DNA from: a virus
DNA length: 64,000 bases
Direction: 5' to 3' (one strand)
IMG/VR virus record: IMGVR_UViG_3300042387_001967
This document shows, one piece after another, positions 16,111-24,539 of the stretch (positions are counted from its first letter, which is position 1; every line of letters starts with the position of its first letter). Made by a program: the position numbers and the translations under genes. The notes under the pieces are model-generated. The model was given only the letters and a program-made list of their open reading frames with translations, did not search any database and had not been told where the DNA came from.

Positions 16111-16593
16111 TTAGATGTTTTTTCGTTCTGCCGCCTCGGCGGCGATCATCGCCGACATCAGTGGGGCGGCGTCAGTCGGCAGCACTTTCTTGATCGCCAT
16201 CGGACGACACATGCCGTGTGTGTATGCCGACGCCTCCATCATGTCAGCTGCGCTGGGCATGCAATCGTTAGCGCGCGCAGACTTTGCGGTTTCCCCGCAG
16301 CACCCACGGCCGCACGGGCCGCAGTAGGTGCCGGAGGCGTGGCTCCTGCAGCTGCAGCCGCAGCGGCACTCGCAGAAGCTCGGGAGCGGCGGCGTGTAGA
16401 GACACACCCACTCGCCCAGCGCCTCGCGGCGGCCCACTTCAATCTGCGCCTCTTCCTCCGTCGCGTAGCGGTCGCCGACTAGCGCACGACTCTCCCCGGA
16501 CCACACCCCGTATGGCAGCGGGGGTGTGATGCTAACGATATTGAGGCCTTCGCGCACAACAGTCAGCCCGTCACTTGTGATAGTGGTTTTCAT
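16111..16593 (-). CDS. hypothetical protein with Cys-rich segment
   Basis: Purine-rich AAGGGGG upstream of ATG; contains CECRCGCSC...CGPCGRGCC. Confidence 0.65.
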   Translation of the reverse strand: MKTTITSDGLTVVREGLNIVSITPPLPYGVWSGESRALVGDRYATEEEAQIEVGRREALGEWVCLYTPPLPSFCECRCGCSCRSHASGTYCGPCGRGCCGETAKSARANDCMPSAADMMEASAYTHGMCRPMAIKKVLPTDAAPLMSAMIAAEAAERKNI

Positions 16594-16599
16594 AACGAC

Positions 16600-16785
16600 A
16601 ACCCCCTTAGCCCGTCCTTCAACAGGCGTTGGCGTCCAGACTCGGGGGAAGTCCAGAAGGCTGACTCAGCATGACGCCCCGGAAGTGGGGAACCCGGGCG
16701 CCGTTCGAAGCAGCGCCCGGGTCTTGTCGTCATTGCCTGTCGGCGTGCACACACACAGCCACCAGACGAATCTGGTAACCATGTA
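16600..16785 (-). ncRNA. candidate structured RNA / 5' leader
   Basis: Nested helices: 16761-16776 hairpin, AACAGGC(16621)/GCCTGTC(16735), ATGACG(16671)/CGTCAT(16728), 10-bp 16692-16701/16713-16722; lies downstream of a promoter motif. Confidence 0.45.
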
Positions 16786-16789
16786 TATA

Positions 16790-16823
16790 CAAAGTATTAT
16801 GACACGGAAGGGTCTGGAATTGC
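16790..16823 (-). promoter_or_regulatory. phage promoter motif GCAATT-N14-GTCATAATACTTTG, copy 1
   Basis: Same 34-bp spacing as the copies at 17260 and 17629; CATAAT -10-like box. Confidence 0.7.
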
Positions 16824-16847
16824 ACGGGGTCCAACCAGGTAAAGGAA

Positions 16848-16883
16848 GTGCCGCCGCGGCCCCCGAAGGAGCCGCGGCGGCAC
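16848..16883 (-). terminator. intrinsic terminator
   Basis: 13-bp perfect stem GTGCCGCCGCGGC/GCCGCGGCGGCAC, minus-strand tail TTCCTTT. Confidence 0.75.
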
Positions 16884-16889
16884 GTTGCG

Positions 16890-17258
16890 TTACAGGGCGG
16901 GGTCGGCGCCAGCAAGGAGGCTGCCGGTGGTGCGCAGGCGCTCGACGAGTTCCCGCAGTCTGGCAGCGACGCCAGCCACGAACGGGATCTCGTAGTCGAG
17001 GTCCGTTGGTCCGCTAAGGACCGCCGGCAGCCACCCGCCGTCATCGTCGTCGGGCTTGGTCGACGCTTCGAGCCAGAGAACGTCGGCGAGGTTTTTGGAA
17101 GTGAACTCCGAGAGGAGTTCCTTCCGGTGTTTCTCCAGCGCAGCGATAACTGACCAGCCCTTGCGGGCTGCGTCATCACTGGCCATGGTTCCGAGCTGTT
17201 TGACCAGCTCACACAGTTCAGCCGCTTTTGGCGGCATCATGGTATTGGTGGTGTCCAT
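16890..17258 (-). CDS. hypothetical protein, probably leaderless
   Basis: ATG at 17258 immediately after the promoter motif; followed by a terminator. Confidence 0.6.
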   Translation of the reverse strand: MDTTNTMMPPKAAELCELVKQLGTMASDDAARKGWSVIAALEKHRKELLSEFTSKNLADVLWLEASTKPDDDDGGWLPAVLSGPTDLDYEIPFVAGVAARLRELVERLRTTGSLLAGADPAL

Positions 17259-17259
17259 A

Positions 17260-17293
17260 CAAAGTCTTATGACACCGCGCGGTCTCGAATTGC
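17260..17293 (-). promoter_or_regulatory. phage promoter motif, copy 2
   Basis: GCAATT-cgagaccgcgcggt-GTCATAAGACTTTG. Confidence 0.7.
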
Positions 17294-17310
17294 GGCAGGT
17301 AAAGAAGACG

Positions 17311-17341
17311 AGCCGGCGCGGCCTCGTGGGCCGCGCCGGCT
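17311..17341 (-). terminator. intrinsic terminator
   Basis: 13-bp perfect stem AGCCGGCGCGGCC/GGCCGCGCCGGCT, minus-strand tail CGTCTTCTTT. Confidence 0.7.
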
Positions 17342-17349
17342 GTTTCGTA

Positions 17350-17625
17350 AAGTGAACCGGGCGGGACCTCAGCCCCGCCCGGTGTATCGAGGCGATACGG
17401 TATCGCAGCACGACGCTGCGATTGATGAACACCAACCGCTCGAAGAGGCGCAGGACTCGCCTGCAGCTTTTCGAGCGGGGTGCGAAACGAAAAAGAACGG
17501 ACACCGTATCCGTCAGCCAGCGGCGCATCTGTTGCTGTAGATGATCCCACGCATGACGCAGGATGAACTTCACAACAGATGCGCGGGCTGACGAGGCGTG
17601 ATGTGTTTAGACGGCGAACACCACT
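17350..17625 (-). ncRNA. candidate highly structured ncRNA (about 270 nt)
   Basis: Long rod with a 12-bp perfect helix 17523-17534/17573-17584 and a 7-bp helix 17512-17518/17586-17592, then four further hairpins; own promoter and terminator; no convincing ORF. Confidence 0.6.
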
Positions 17626-17628
17626 CAG

Positions 17629-17662
17629 CAAAGTATTATGACGCAAGATGACGCCAAATTGC
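17629..17662 (-). promoter_or_regulatory. phage promoter motif, copy 3
   Basis: GCAATT-tggcgtcatcttgc-GTCATAATACTTTG. Confidence 0.7.
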
Positions 17663-17663
17663 G

Positions 17664-18293
17664 TCAAGCATCCGAGTCGTCTTTGAACTCGGCCGCGACC
17701 GCTGCATACTCCTCATCCATCGCGCGCAGCATGTCGGTCGGGACTCCCAGCGCACGCATCTGGTCGAGCACCATCAGGTATGCCCGCTCGACCTCTGTCG
17801 CATTCTGATCCTGATCCTCTTGCTCGTATTCGAGCGCATCCTGGATGTATCGCCGCACCGCATTCGAGAATGTCGGCGGATCGACGGAGTCGCTCGCCAT
17901 CCCCATTTCGAGCACCGCCCACATGATCTCCGTAGCGTCCAGGTCATCGAAGATCAGCGTGTCGCCGAGGTCACCGTCGAACAAAGCGGTAGCGACCGCC
18001 ACGAACACATCCGCGTCATACCAGAATTGTCCGTTCGTCAGCCCAGTGATGATCGCGTTGAGTTTGTTCTCCCCCTCCTCGGTCACCCAGGTTCCATACC
18101 GGGTAAACAGGTCTGACCACATCTCAGATGGATCCATCTGCTCCACGCCTGCCTCAGCATCCCCCATGACCGCGGGGCCGAAGGCGTGGAGCGCAATGAC
18201 AAACAGGACGATACCAGACGTGTCAGCATCTCCGAGGGCCTTCCTTATCTCGCCCTCGTCCAGTTTGACAGATGCCGTCATCAAGCTGCTCAT
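17664..18293 (-). CDS. hypothetical acidic protein
   Basis: 209 aa ORF with strong codon bias. Confidence 0.75.
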   Translation of the reverse strand: MSSLMTASVKLDEGEIRKALGDADTSGIVLFVIALHAFGPAVMGDAEAGVEQMDPSEMWSDLFTRYGTWVTEEGENKLNAIITGLTNGQFWYDADVFVAVATALFDGDLGDTLIFDDLDATEIMWAVLEMGMASDSVDPPTFSNAVRRYIQDALEYEQEDQDQNATEVERAYLMVLDQMRALGVPTDMLRAMDEEYAAVAAEFKDDSDA

Positions 18294-18312
18294 AGTGCGT
18301 CAGGTGTTGGTT

Positions 18313-19380
18313 TCAGGCGGCGGCAGCGACGGTCAAACGTAGTAGAGTTTTTTGGTCGCTCTCCGGCCACTGCTCGACAGCGAGACTGAGGTCGCGCGCA
18401 TCCCCGGTGTCCCGCAGACGTCTGAATGTATCCGCAGCAGATTTGCTGAGCCGATACTCCGCATCCATCGCATCGATCGAGCGGACTTCTTGCAGCGGCA
18501 GTAAAACGTCACGAACCAGGACGTGCTCCTTCGCCGCCTTTTCCGCATCAGAGGCGAGCGCGCCGCAGAACACGATGTCGAACGGCGTCGGCACCAGCGA
18601 TGAGTGACGGTAGCTGTTGGAGACGCCAGCGACGAAATCGATGGTCGCAATTTTTTCCATGGCAGCGTCCGGCTCGGCCTCCAGGTCGGCGAGGGCCGCC
18701 TGGTAGTCCGCCTCCACCTGCTCCCGGATTGTCGCGTCCTTGCAAAACTGCGACCGTCCCTGAATTCTTCGTGCGGCCTCCTCTGCGTCCGGGAAGCGCT
18801 CTACGCCGTGCCGCATGATGAGATCCGGCAGTTCGTGCGACACGTTATGGTCGTGCGCGGCTTTCACGATCTCTCTGGCCGCAGCCACGAACATCGGAAG
18901 CATGATGCGATTCTCCGCTGCCATCTTCGACAGCTCGAACGATGAATCGCGAACGTCGACCGCGTCGTTCAGCGGCAGCAGCTTGAAAACTTCGCCACCG
19001 AATTCGTCATTGATGGCGTAGCGGCCCTCCGTCAATTCGTCGAGCGAGGCGCTCTTCTCGAACTCGCCCGCGAACAGTTCAGCGTAGGGCAGGATGTCCT
19101 GCTCGATGCCATAGTGGGCGCACGCTGACTTGACGCGTTCCAGCGTGGCGTCGTCGTAATTATCCAGATGCGCGAATACGTTGAGTGCTGAGTGAAAGGC
19201 TGCAGACTTTGTGCAGATTGGCAGCAGCCGGCGCTTCGTGTCGGCGAAGGCTGCCGATGCTTTCTTCTCGAATTCCGCCGCCTCCGGCATGGGTTCGCTC
19301 GCGACCCAATCGGGAAACGGATGATGCATCTCTGCCCGATACAAAAACTTGGGATTGTTGAGGGTGTTGAAGTCTTGCAT
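18313..19380 (-). CDS. hypothetical protein, possibly virion/head-associated
   Basis: Likely start MQDFNTL at 19380; has FEKKAS and FEKSAS motifs like the head-module proteins. Confidence 0.7.
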   Translation of the reverse strand: MQDFNTLNNPKFLYRAEMHHPFPDWVASEPMPEAAEFEKKASAAFADTKRRLLPICTKSAAFHSALNVFAHLDNYDDATLERVKSACAHYGIEQDILPYAELFAGEFEKSASLDELTEGRYAINDEFGGEVFKLLPLNDAVDVRDSSFELSKMAAENRIMLPMFVAAAREIVKAAHDHNVSHELPDLIMRHGVERFPDAEEAARRIQGRSQFCKDATIREQVEADYQAALADLEAEPDAAMEKIATIDFVAGVSNSYRHSSLVPTPFDIVFCGALASDAEKAAKEHVLVRDVLLPLQEVRSIDAMDAEYRLSKSAADTFRRLRDTGDARDLSLAVEQWPESDQKTLLRLTVAAAA

Positions 19381-19498
19381 GTTCGTGTCGTAGAGGTGGC
19401 TGTGGGTATGGAGACAGCATAGCCGAATTTTTGCAACTGTGGAAGTGCAAATCCTGACGTGGACTTCCGGCAGAGGATCGCGATAATGCCAAACACCT

Positions 19499-21964
19499 GT
19501 GCGCATCATTACGGCAATCGACTTTCTGGGCATCCCAGTCACTCCACTGGACACGTGGTCACATCAGCTGGTGTGTCCGTGGTGTCATGAGGATGCCTGG
19601 GCCGTCTCGGACTACCTCCAGTGCTACAATCCCACATGCACAACGCAGGCGGCGACAGCGGAGGATCTGCTCGCGCATCAGTTCGGCAGCTACGAGCAGG
19701 CCGCTCAAATCATGGCTCAAAAATATAAGCACGAGCCGGACTTTCAGAGGGCGAAAAGCCGCGAGGCGGAGCGCCTGGTGCTGGACACGTGGTTGCGGTT
19801 CTGCGTCACGCCGCCGACGAACGAAGCGCTGCAGGCAGCGGGCCGGCTGCAAGCCAGTGGTTACGGCATACGCAGCAGCCGTTTCGGCGCCATCGTGTTG
19901 GACTCCAATCAGATCAAGCAGCTCGTCGACGTGGCCATGTCCACCGGGGCGGAAGTTCCCGAGGCGTGGCAAAAAACACCACCATCGGTCGTCCGAGCGT
20001 TCTGTGTGCAGACGCGCCCGCACACCGTGGACCGCATCATCATCATGCACCACAGCGGACGCACCGAGGAGATTATCTGGTACTCGCACGCCGCGGGGTT
20101 CTGTTCGCTGCTGGGGTTGCGCCCGAACCAGCCGCGCCTTCTGGCTGCCGACATCGAGACGGCGCTGAAGCTTCAGCACGATCTGACCGCGGTTGGCAAA
20201 TCGGAGGAGGTAGCCTGCATCCACCTGGACCTGCACCGCGGAGACCCGTGCCCGCGATGGGAAGTGCAGGAGCATCTGCTGACGGCGGTGCCACGTCACT
20301 GCGCAACGAGTTCGAACGCGAAGTTTTTCGGACCCAACGACATCGTGCGGATACAGAACGCGATGGACCACTTCCCGGGCGCGGAGGGTAGCGTGCGAGG
20401 TCTGCCGATCGACCATGTCATCAATCTGCGTCCGCGCGAGCAAGCGGTGGCTTGGTCATCGCTGCGCTTCGCCATGATCGCCAGCATGGTGCCGTCGACG
20501 GTCGCGCAGATGCCGCCGGCCGCCGCCAGCATCTTCGAGCAGACTGGCACCAAGGCCGAGGACGCAGCGGCACTCATCGACTGTTACGCCAAGCAGGGAC
20601 GTCAGCGCCTGGTGGAGGACGTGGAGATGCTGGCAATGACACGCGTGATCCAGCGCGACAGGTCGATGACCGTAAAGGAGACGGCAAACGACTACCGCAT
20701 CATTCGCGGGGCTGACACAGCCCTGCTGACCAACTTCAGCCTGCGCATCACCTCGAACGTCACGTTCCGCAACCACAAGGCCGACCGCTACTGCCAGGCC
20801 ACGATGCGCTGCGGCAAGGCCGTCGTGGACGTCATCTTTCCGCAGACGCTGCTCAACGACCGCGTGCAAAGCCTGGAGGGAGAACTGCAGCGTCAGATCA
20901 CCGTGGCAGACATGGTGACTCAGGCCGGCAGAATGCCGACAGTCATCGAGATCAACAAGTTCAGGCAGTTCGTCGTCCCGCATCTGCGCACACAGGCGGC
21001 CAAGGCCAAACCGATCCGGGGCGTCGACATGCTCGGGTGGAGCGACAACCGCAAGTCGTTCATGTTCCCCGGCTTCGTCGTGACGGCGAACGGGACGGAA
21101 GCTGCCAGCCAGATTCTCTGTCCGTCCGTGCCTGTGCTGTCCCGATACAAGGCCATCCCGCTTGCGGGCTGGTCCGAGAGCTGCCCGGCGAATCTGGACT
21201 CTGCCTGCCACGACATCATCGCCATGATGGTGGCATCCAGTGTCCGATATTTCCGCCGGTGCATCACGCAGCCGATCATGATCGCGCAGAACTCAGCTGC
21301 GATGACCTTGCTGGACCGCCTGAGCACCGCGATGGGGCAGCACGAAATTCATACGCTGAACAGCAACGCCAGAGAGGGCAGCCGCATCGAGGGAATCTAC
21401 GGTTACCCGCTGCTGGCCGCGGGCGCCCGCAACGCAGGCCTGGCAGATTCGCAGACGCCGTTCCTGCATCTGACCGACAGCGGATACAGCATGTCCACTC
21501 CTACCGAGCCGCAGCAGGCGGCCGCCGCGGGCCGCGCAGCGCAGTTCTGTCTGAAGAAGGTGGTGGAGTGGTGCCTGGCGACCGGCGGCGACGCGTTCCA
21601 GGAGGTGCCGGCGTTGATCCATTACCACTCCCTGCTGCGCGAAGGCCGCTGGCTGATCGAGCAGGTGTGCGGACTCAATGGTTGGACTGTCTCACACCTG
21701 GAAGCGACCGCGCTGGAAAAGCTGCTCGCGCAGATACCATATGCCGAGGCCGGACGCCGCATCACACTCATCGACGGACAGGATCTCAGCATCGACATCC
21801 GCGGACTCGATCATGACCACGACGGTATTCTTCGGGAGGCGCGCGACATGGGCACCATCATCGCCATCAACGAGGATCAGCTGGCATCGTCCGCGGTCCG
21901 GCTACTGCCGGCCATCGCAACCTACTACGGGCAGGAGCCGGACGTCACTGTTGTGGTGTCGTGA
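19499..21964 (+). CDS. large protein with N-terminal zinc ribbon; possible degenerate primase/DUF927-like architecture
   Basis: CPWC...CYNPTC; later DMLGWSDNRKSFMFPG resembles the DUF927 pattern; no intact Walker A seen. Confidence 0.45.
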   Translation: MRIITAIDFLGIPVTPLDTWSHQLVCPWCHEDAWAVSDYLQCYNPTCTTQAATAEDLLAHQFGSYEQAAQIMAQKYKHEPDFQRAKSREAERLVLDTWLRFCVTPPTNEALQAAGRLQASGYGIRSSRFGAIVLDSNQIKQLVDVAMSTGAEVPEAWQKTPPSVVRAFCVQTRPHTVDRIIIMHHSGRTEEIIWYSHAAGFCSLLGLRPNQPRLLAADIETALKLQHDLTAVGKSEEVACIHLDLHRGDPCPRWEVQEHLLTAVPRHCATSSNAKFFGPNDIVRIQNAMDHFPGAEGSVRGLPIDHVINLRPREQAVAWSSLRFAMIASMVPSTVAQMPPAAASIFEQTGTKAEDAAALIDCYAKQGRQRLVEDVEMLAMTRVIQRDRSMTVKETANDYRIIRGADTALLTNFSLRITSNVTFRNHKADRYCQATMRCGKAVVDVIFPQTLLNDRVQSLEGELQRQITVADMVTQAGRMPTVIEINKFRQFVVPHLRTQAAKAKPIRGVDMLGWSDNRKSFMFPGFVVTANGTEAASQILCPSVPVLSRYKAIPLAGWSESCPANLDSACHDIIAMMVASSVRYFRRCITQPIMIAQNSAAMTLLDRLSTAMGQHEIHTLNSNAREGSRIEGIYGYPLLAAGARNAGLADSQTPFLHLTDSGYSMSTPTEPQQAAAAGRAAQFCLKKVVEWCLATGGDAFQEVPALIHYHSLLREGRWLIEQVCGLNGWTVSHLEATALEKLLAQIPYAEAGRRITLIDGQDLSIDIRGLDHDHDGILREARDMGTIIAINEDQLASSAVRLLPAIATYYGQEPDVTVVVS

Positions 21965-22337
21965 CTGCGCACCAGCAGTCGTAACACCACACCCCAGCCA
22001 GCATGAGCCAGCGCCGACACCGTGTGACTCTCGGTGACTGCTTCAGCTGCGTGTGCATCCATTTGCGCGCGACGTCGCGCGGAAATCCCATGTCCAGCAT
22101 GCGGTCATGTAGCAGCGCAGCCGGTGCGTGCGCTCCGATCTGAGACAGCAGCGACTGCAGAAACCACGGCACGGATGCGATGTCGGTTCTCCAGCCGACA
22201 GGGAACGACAGCATGCAACCTCCGACTCCCAACTCCACCTCCCCGGCTGCGGTGCAGACGAGAGTTCGGTAGTATTCGTCGTTCACCAGGCTGAACACCG
22301 GGCGGGTCTTCCACGTGATGTGCGTGTTCGGATCCAT
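21945..22337 (-). CDS. DUF1353-like protein
   Basis: FPVGWRTDIASVP...AALLHDRM matches the F.TD.ASVP...AA..HD pattern. Confidence 0.75.
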   Translation of the reverse strand: MDPNTHITWKTRPVFSLVNDEYYRTLVCTAAGEVELGVGGCMLSFPVGWRTDIASVPWFLQSLLSQIGAHAPAALLHDRMLDMGFPRDVARKWMHTQLKQSPRVTRCRRWLMLAGVWCYDCWCAVTTPQQ

Positions 22338-22339
22338 CG

Positions 22340-22552
22340 CTACGATGACGCGATAGTAAAGCCCAGCGGCAGTCCGCTGATGCTCAGGATCACATCATCG
22401 ACCGCCAACTGATTCGTCAGCAGCGTTCCGCCAGTCAGCGTCATCGGCCCCTTCAGTGCGAAGTCGCGCCGCATGGGAGGCGCGACCAAAGATCCGTCCT
22501 GTCGCCGGCTGTCGATGGTCATCAGATCCTCGATGGCGAGATGCTCGTTCAT
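22340..22552 (-). CDS. small hypothetical protein
   Basis: ATGA-coupled to the upstream gene. Confidence 0.5.
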   Translation of the reverse strand: MNEHLAIEDLMTIDSRRQDGSLVAPPMRRDFALKGPMTLTGGTLLTNQLAVDDVILSISGLPLGFTIASS

Positions 22553-22941
22553 GCCTCCTCGGGTTCGATGATGATCTGCTCCGTGATGGAAAGCGATTCC
22601 GCAGCCTGCAAATTGTTGGCCAGATCTTGCACCATCATCTCGACCTTCTCCACAAACTCCTCCGCGGCCTTCGCGCTGCGGCAGAGTTTCGTCACCGTGG
22701 ACACCCGGTAATACGGGCTTCCCTCCGCGGGCTCCGACTCCGGCAGATCAGTCATCTGGATGGCGCTGGCGATGCAGGACAGGCTGTCCGCGGACACGTC
22801 CGGCTGTGGCGATGCCTGCATCACGAAGATGAACGCAGGCTCGTCGTTCCATGTGTAGAGCGCGGTGTAGCGCACCGGCCACAAGTGCCGGTTGTTGATC
22901 ACATCCTCGTCGCTTATTTCTTCTCTCGTCAGTTTGAACAT
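22549..22941 (-). CDS. hypothetical protein (tail module)
   Basis: 130 aa ORF in a continuous operon. Confidence 0.65.
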   Translation of the reverse strand: MFKLTREEISDEDVINNRHLWPVRYTALYTWNDEPAFIFVMQASPQPDVSADSLSCIASAIQMTDLPESEPAEGSPYYRVSTVTKLCRSAKAAEEFVEKVEMMVQDLANNLQAAESLSITEQIIIEPEEA

Positions 22942-22961
22942 GTGGCGGGTGGGTTGCTGTC

Positions 22962-23156
22962 CTAGTCGCCAGCGACGGCAAGAGGCTGACCGGAGATCGT
23001 GAAGATGTAGTTCGGACCGCCTGGCGTGGTGGGAGAGACGGCAAAAGTGAAATTCTCAGCGCCAGGGTCGGATATCAACGCTCTCACGTATTGTCCGCGC
23101 TCATCCAACAGCGGCGCTCCGAATGAGTTTTCAGGTGGTGTCAGCAGCAGATTCAT
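22962..23156 (-). CDS. small hypothetical protein
   Basis: ATGA-coupled, 64 aa. Confidence 0.5.
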   Translation of the reverse strand: MNLLLTPPENSFGAPLLDERGQYVRALISDPGAENFTFAVSPTTPGGPNYIFTISGQPLAVAGD

Positions 23157-24538
23157 AGCGGCAGCGGTTTGATGCTGACGAGAATGTTACACGACTTCGG
23201 CCGGTGTTCGAACAAAAACCGCCACAGCCGGCTGTTGATTGGGGGTCCGTGATCGGCAGCCACAGCCAGCGCAAGCCGGCTGCCGTAGAACGTGTGCAGC
23301 ATCTCCCAGAAATTCACGCTGTGTGGAAACGACGGAGCGCCCAGTTCCTCATGCAGGAAGACTCCGGTCGCGCGCTCGTGCAAGGCCGAGAATTCCCAGT
23401 AGCGCTCCTGCACCGCAGTGTCGCCGTCGAACATCAAGCGGGCATGCGTCTTACCATTGTGGGGCCCGGGTTCTGGGTTGGTGCCGCCGTCAGTCAGCAT
23501 GACTTCGCTGACGCCGTCCCAGGTCAGCCCGTTTACAGGCAGGATGCCGTCGAGCGTGATCGGATGGTCCCATCCGGAAAACATCTGCTTTCGAAGATCC
23601 TCGGTGCTGGCGTGCCTGGTGTTCACCAGCTCGAACTTATCGCAGACGATGTAGCCCGGCTCCACGGTTTGGCCCGGCGTGAGATGGACGTGCGGATAGG
23701 CGATCTCAATCGCCCCGGCGGACGCGGTGGCGTAGACCATGGTGTCGACACCACTGACCGCGTGCGCTGAGAGCACCACGTCGGCTGAGTGAAAGACGTA
23801 GAGACCGGCATACTCCGCCGCGGCCCTTTTGTAAGCCTCCAGCGACTGCGTCTTGTAGGTGTAATCGGCCACCCACTTGCTGCGCGTCAGCTGCGCAGGC
23901 GCGGACAGCACGAACCGGTTGACCGACGCGGTCTTCACATACGCGGAGTTTACCTTCACCACGCCCCTGGGCATCACCAGAGTCGGCAGATCGATCATGG
24001 CGATGTAACCTTCGAAGGCCAGGAAATCCACACCCTGCACCAGATACTCCCCTGCATTCAGACCCTGAATAACGATCGGCAGGATGTGCGACGGCACGGG
24101 AACCAGATACCAGTCACGACTCTGGTCTGCCAGGAACATGTCCTGGTCCTCCTCGACCTTCGCGACGAACTCGAGCGACAGGCGCGCAAGTTTCGTCGCC
24201 AACGGATCGGCGCTGTAGCCGCCAGCCCCGGACCGGTAGCCGGCGTAGATCGGCGTGCCGTCCGGCATGACGACGCGCCGGTGGCTATACTCCCGCTGCT
24301 TCTTGCCGATGACTGCGAATTCGCCGTCCGTAAATTGGAAGTAGACATCCTCCACGAGCACGCGCTCGCTGTTCAGCGCGGCGGCCGCCGCCTGATCCAG
24401 CTGGGCAAGCAGCGATGCGCCGCCTGCCGCGCTCACGATGGCGCGGATGATCTGACGGGTGGGCCCGTCGACCTGGCTCTCCCAGAGCGAACCCTGCCCG
24501 CCGTATAATTTGTGCCGCAGATCGTAGTCGGCTTTCAT
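23153..24538 (-). CDS. putative baseplate wedge protein
   Basis: Directly downstream of the baseplate J-like gene; position-based. Confidence 0.5.
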   Translation of the reverse strand: MKADYDLRHKLYGGQGSLWESQVDGPTRQIIRAIVSAAGGASLLAQLDQAAAAALNSERVLVEDVYFQFTDGEFAVIGKKQREYSHRRVVMPDGTPIYAGYRSGAGGYSADPLATKLARLSLEFVAKVEEDQDMFLADQSRDWYLVPVPSHILPIVIQGLNAGEYLVQGVDFLAFEGYIAMIDLPTLVMPRGVVKVNSAYVKTASVNRFVLSAPAQLTRSKWVADYTYKTQSLEAYKRAAAEYAGLYVFHSADVVLSAHAVSGVDTMVYATASAGAIEIAYPHVHLTPGQTVEPGYIVCDKFELVNTRHASTEDLRKQMFSGWDHPITLDGILPVNGLTWDGVSEVMLTDGGTNPEPGPHNGKTHARLMFDGDTAVQERYWEFSALHERATGVFLHEELGAPSFPHSVNFWEMLHTFYGSRLALAVAADHGPPINSRLWRFLFEHRPKSCNILVSIKPLPL

Positions 24539-24539
24539 G

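Noticed and set aside
17450-17464. GCAGGCGAGTCCTGC as a tRNA T-arm
   Set aside because: The loop is not TTCRA and no cloverleaf or CCA end can be built around it; no tRNA gene was found in the window.
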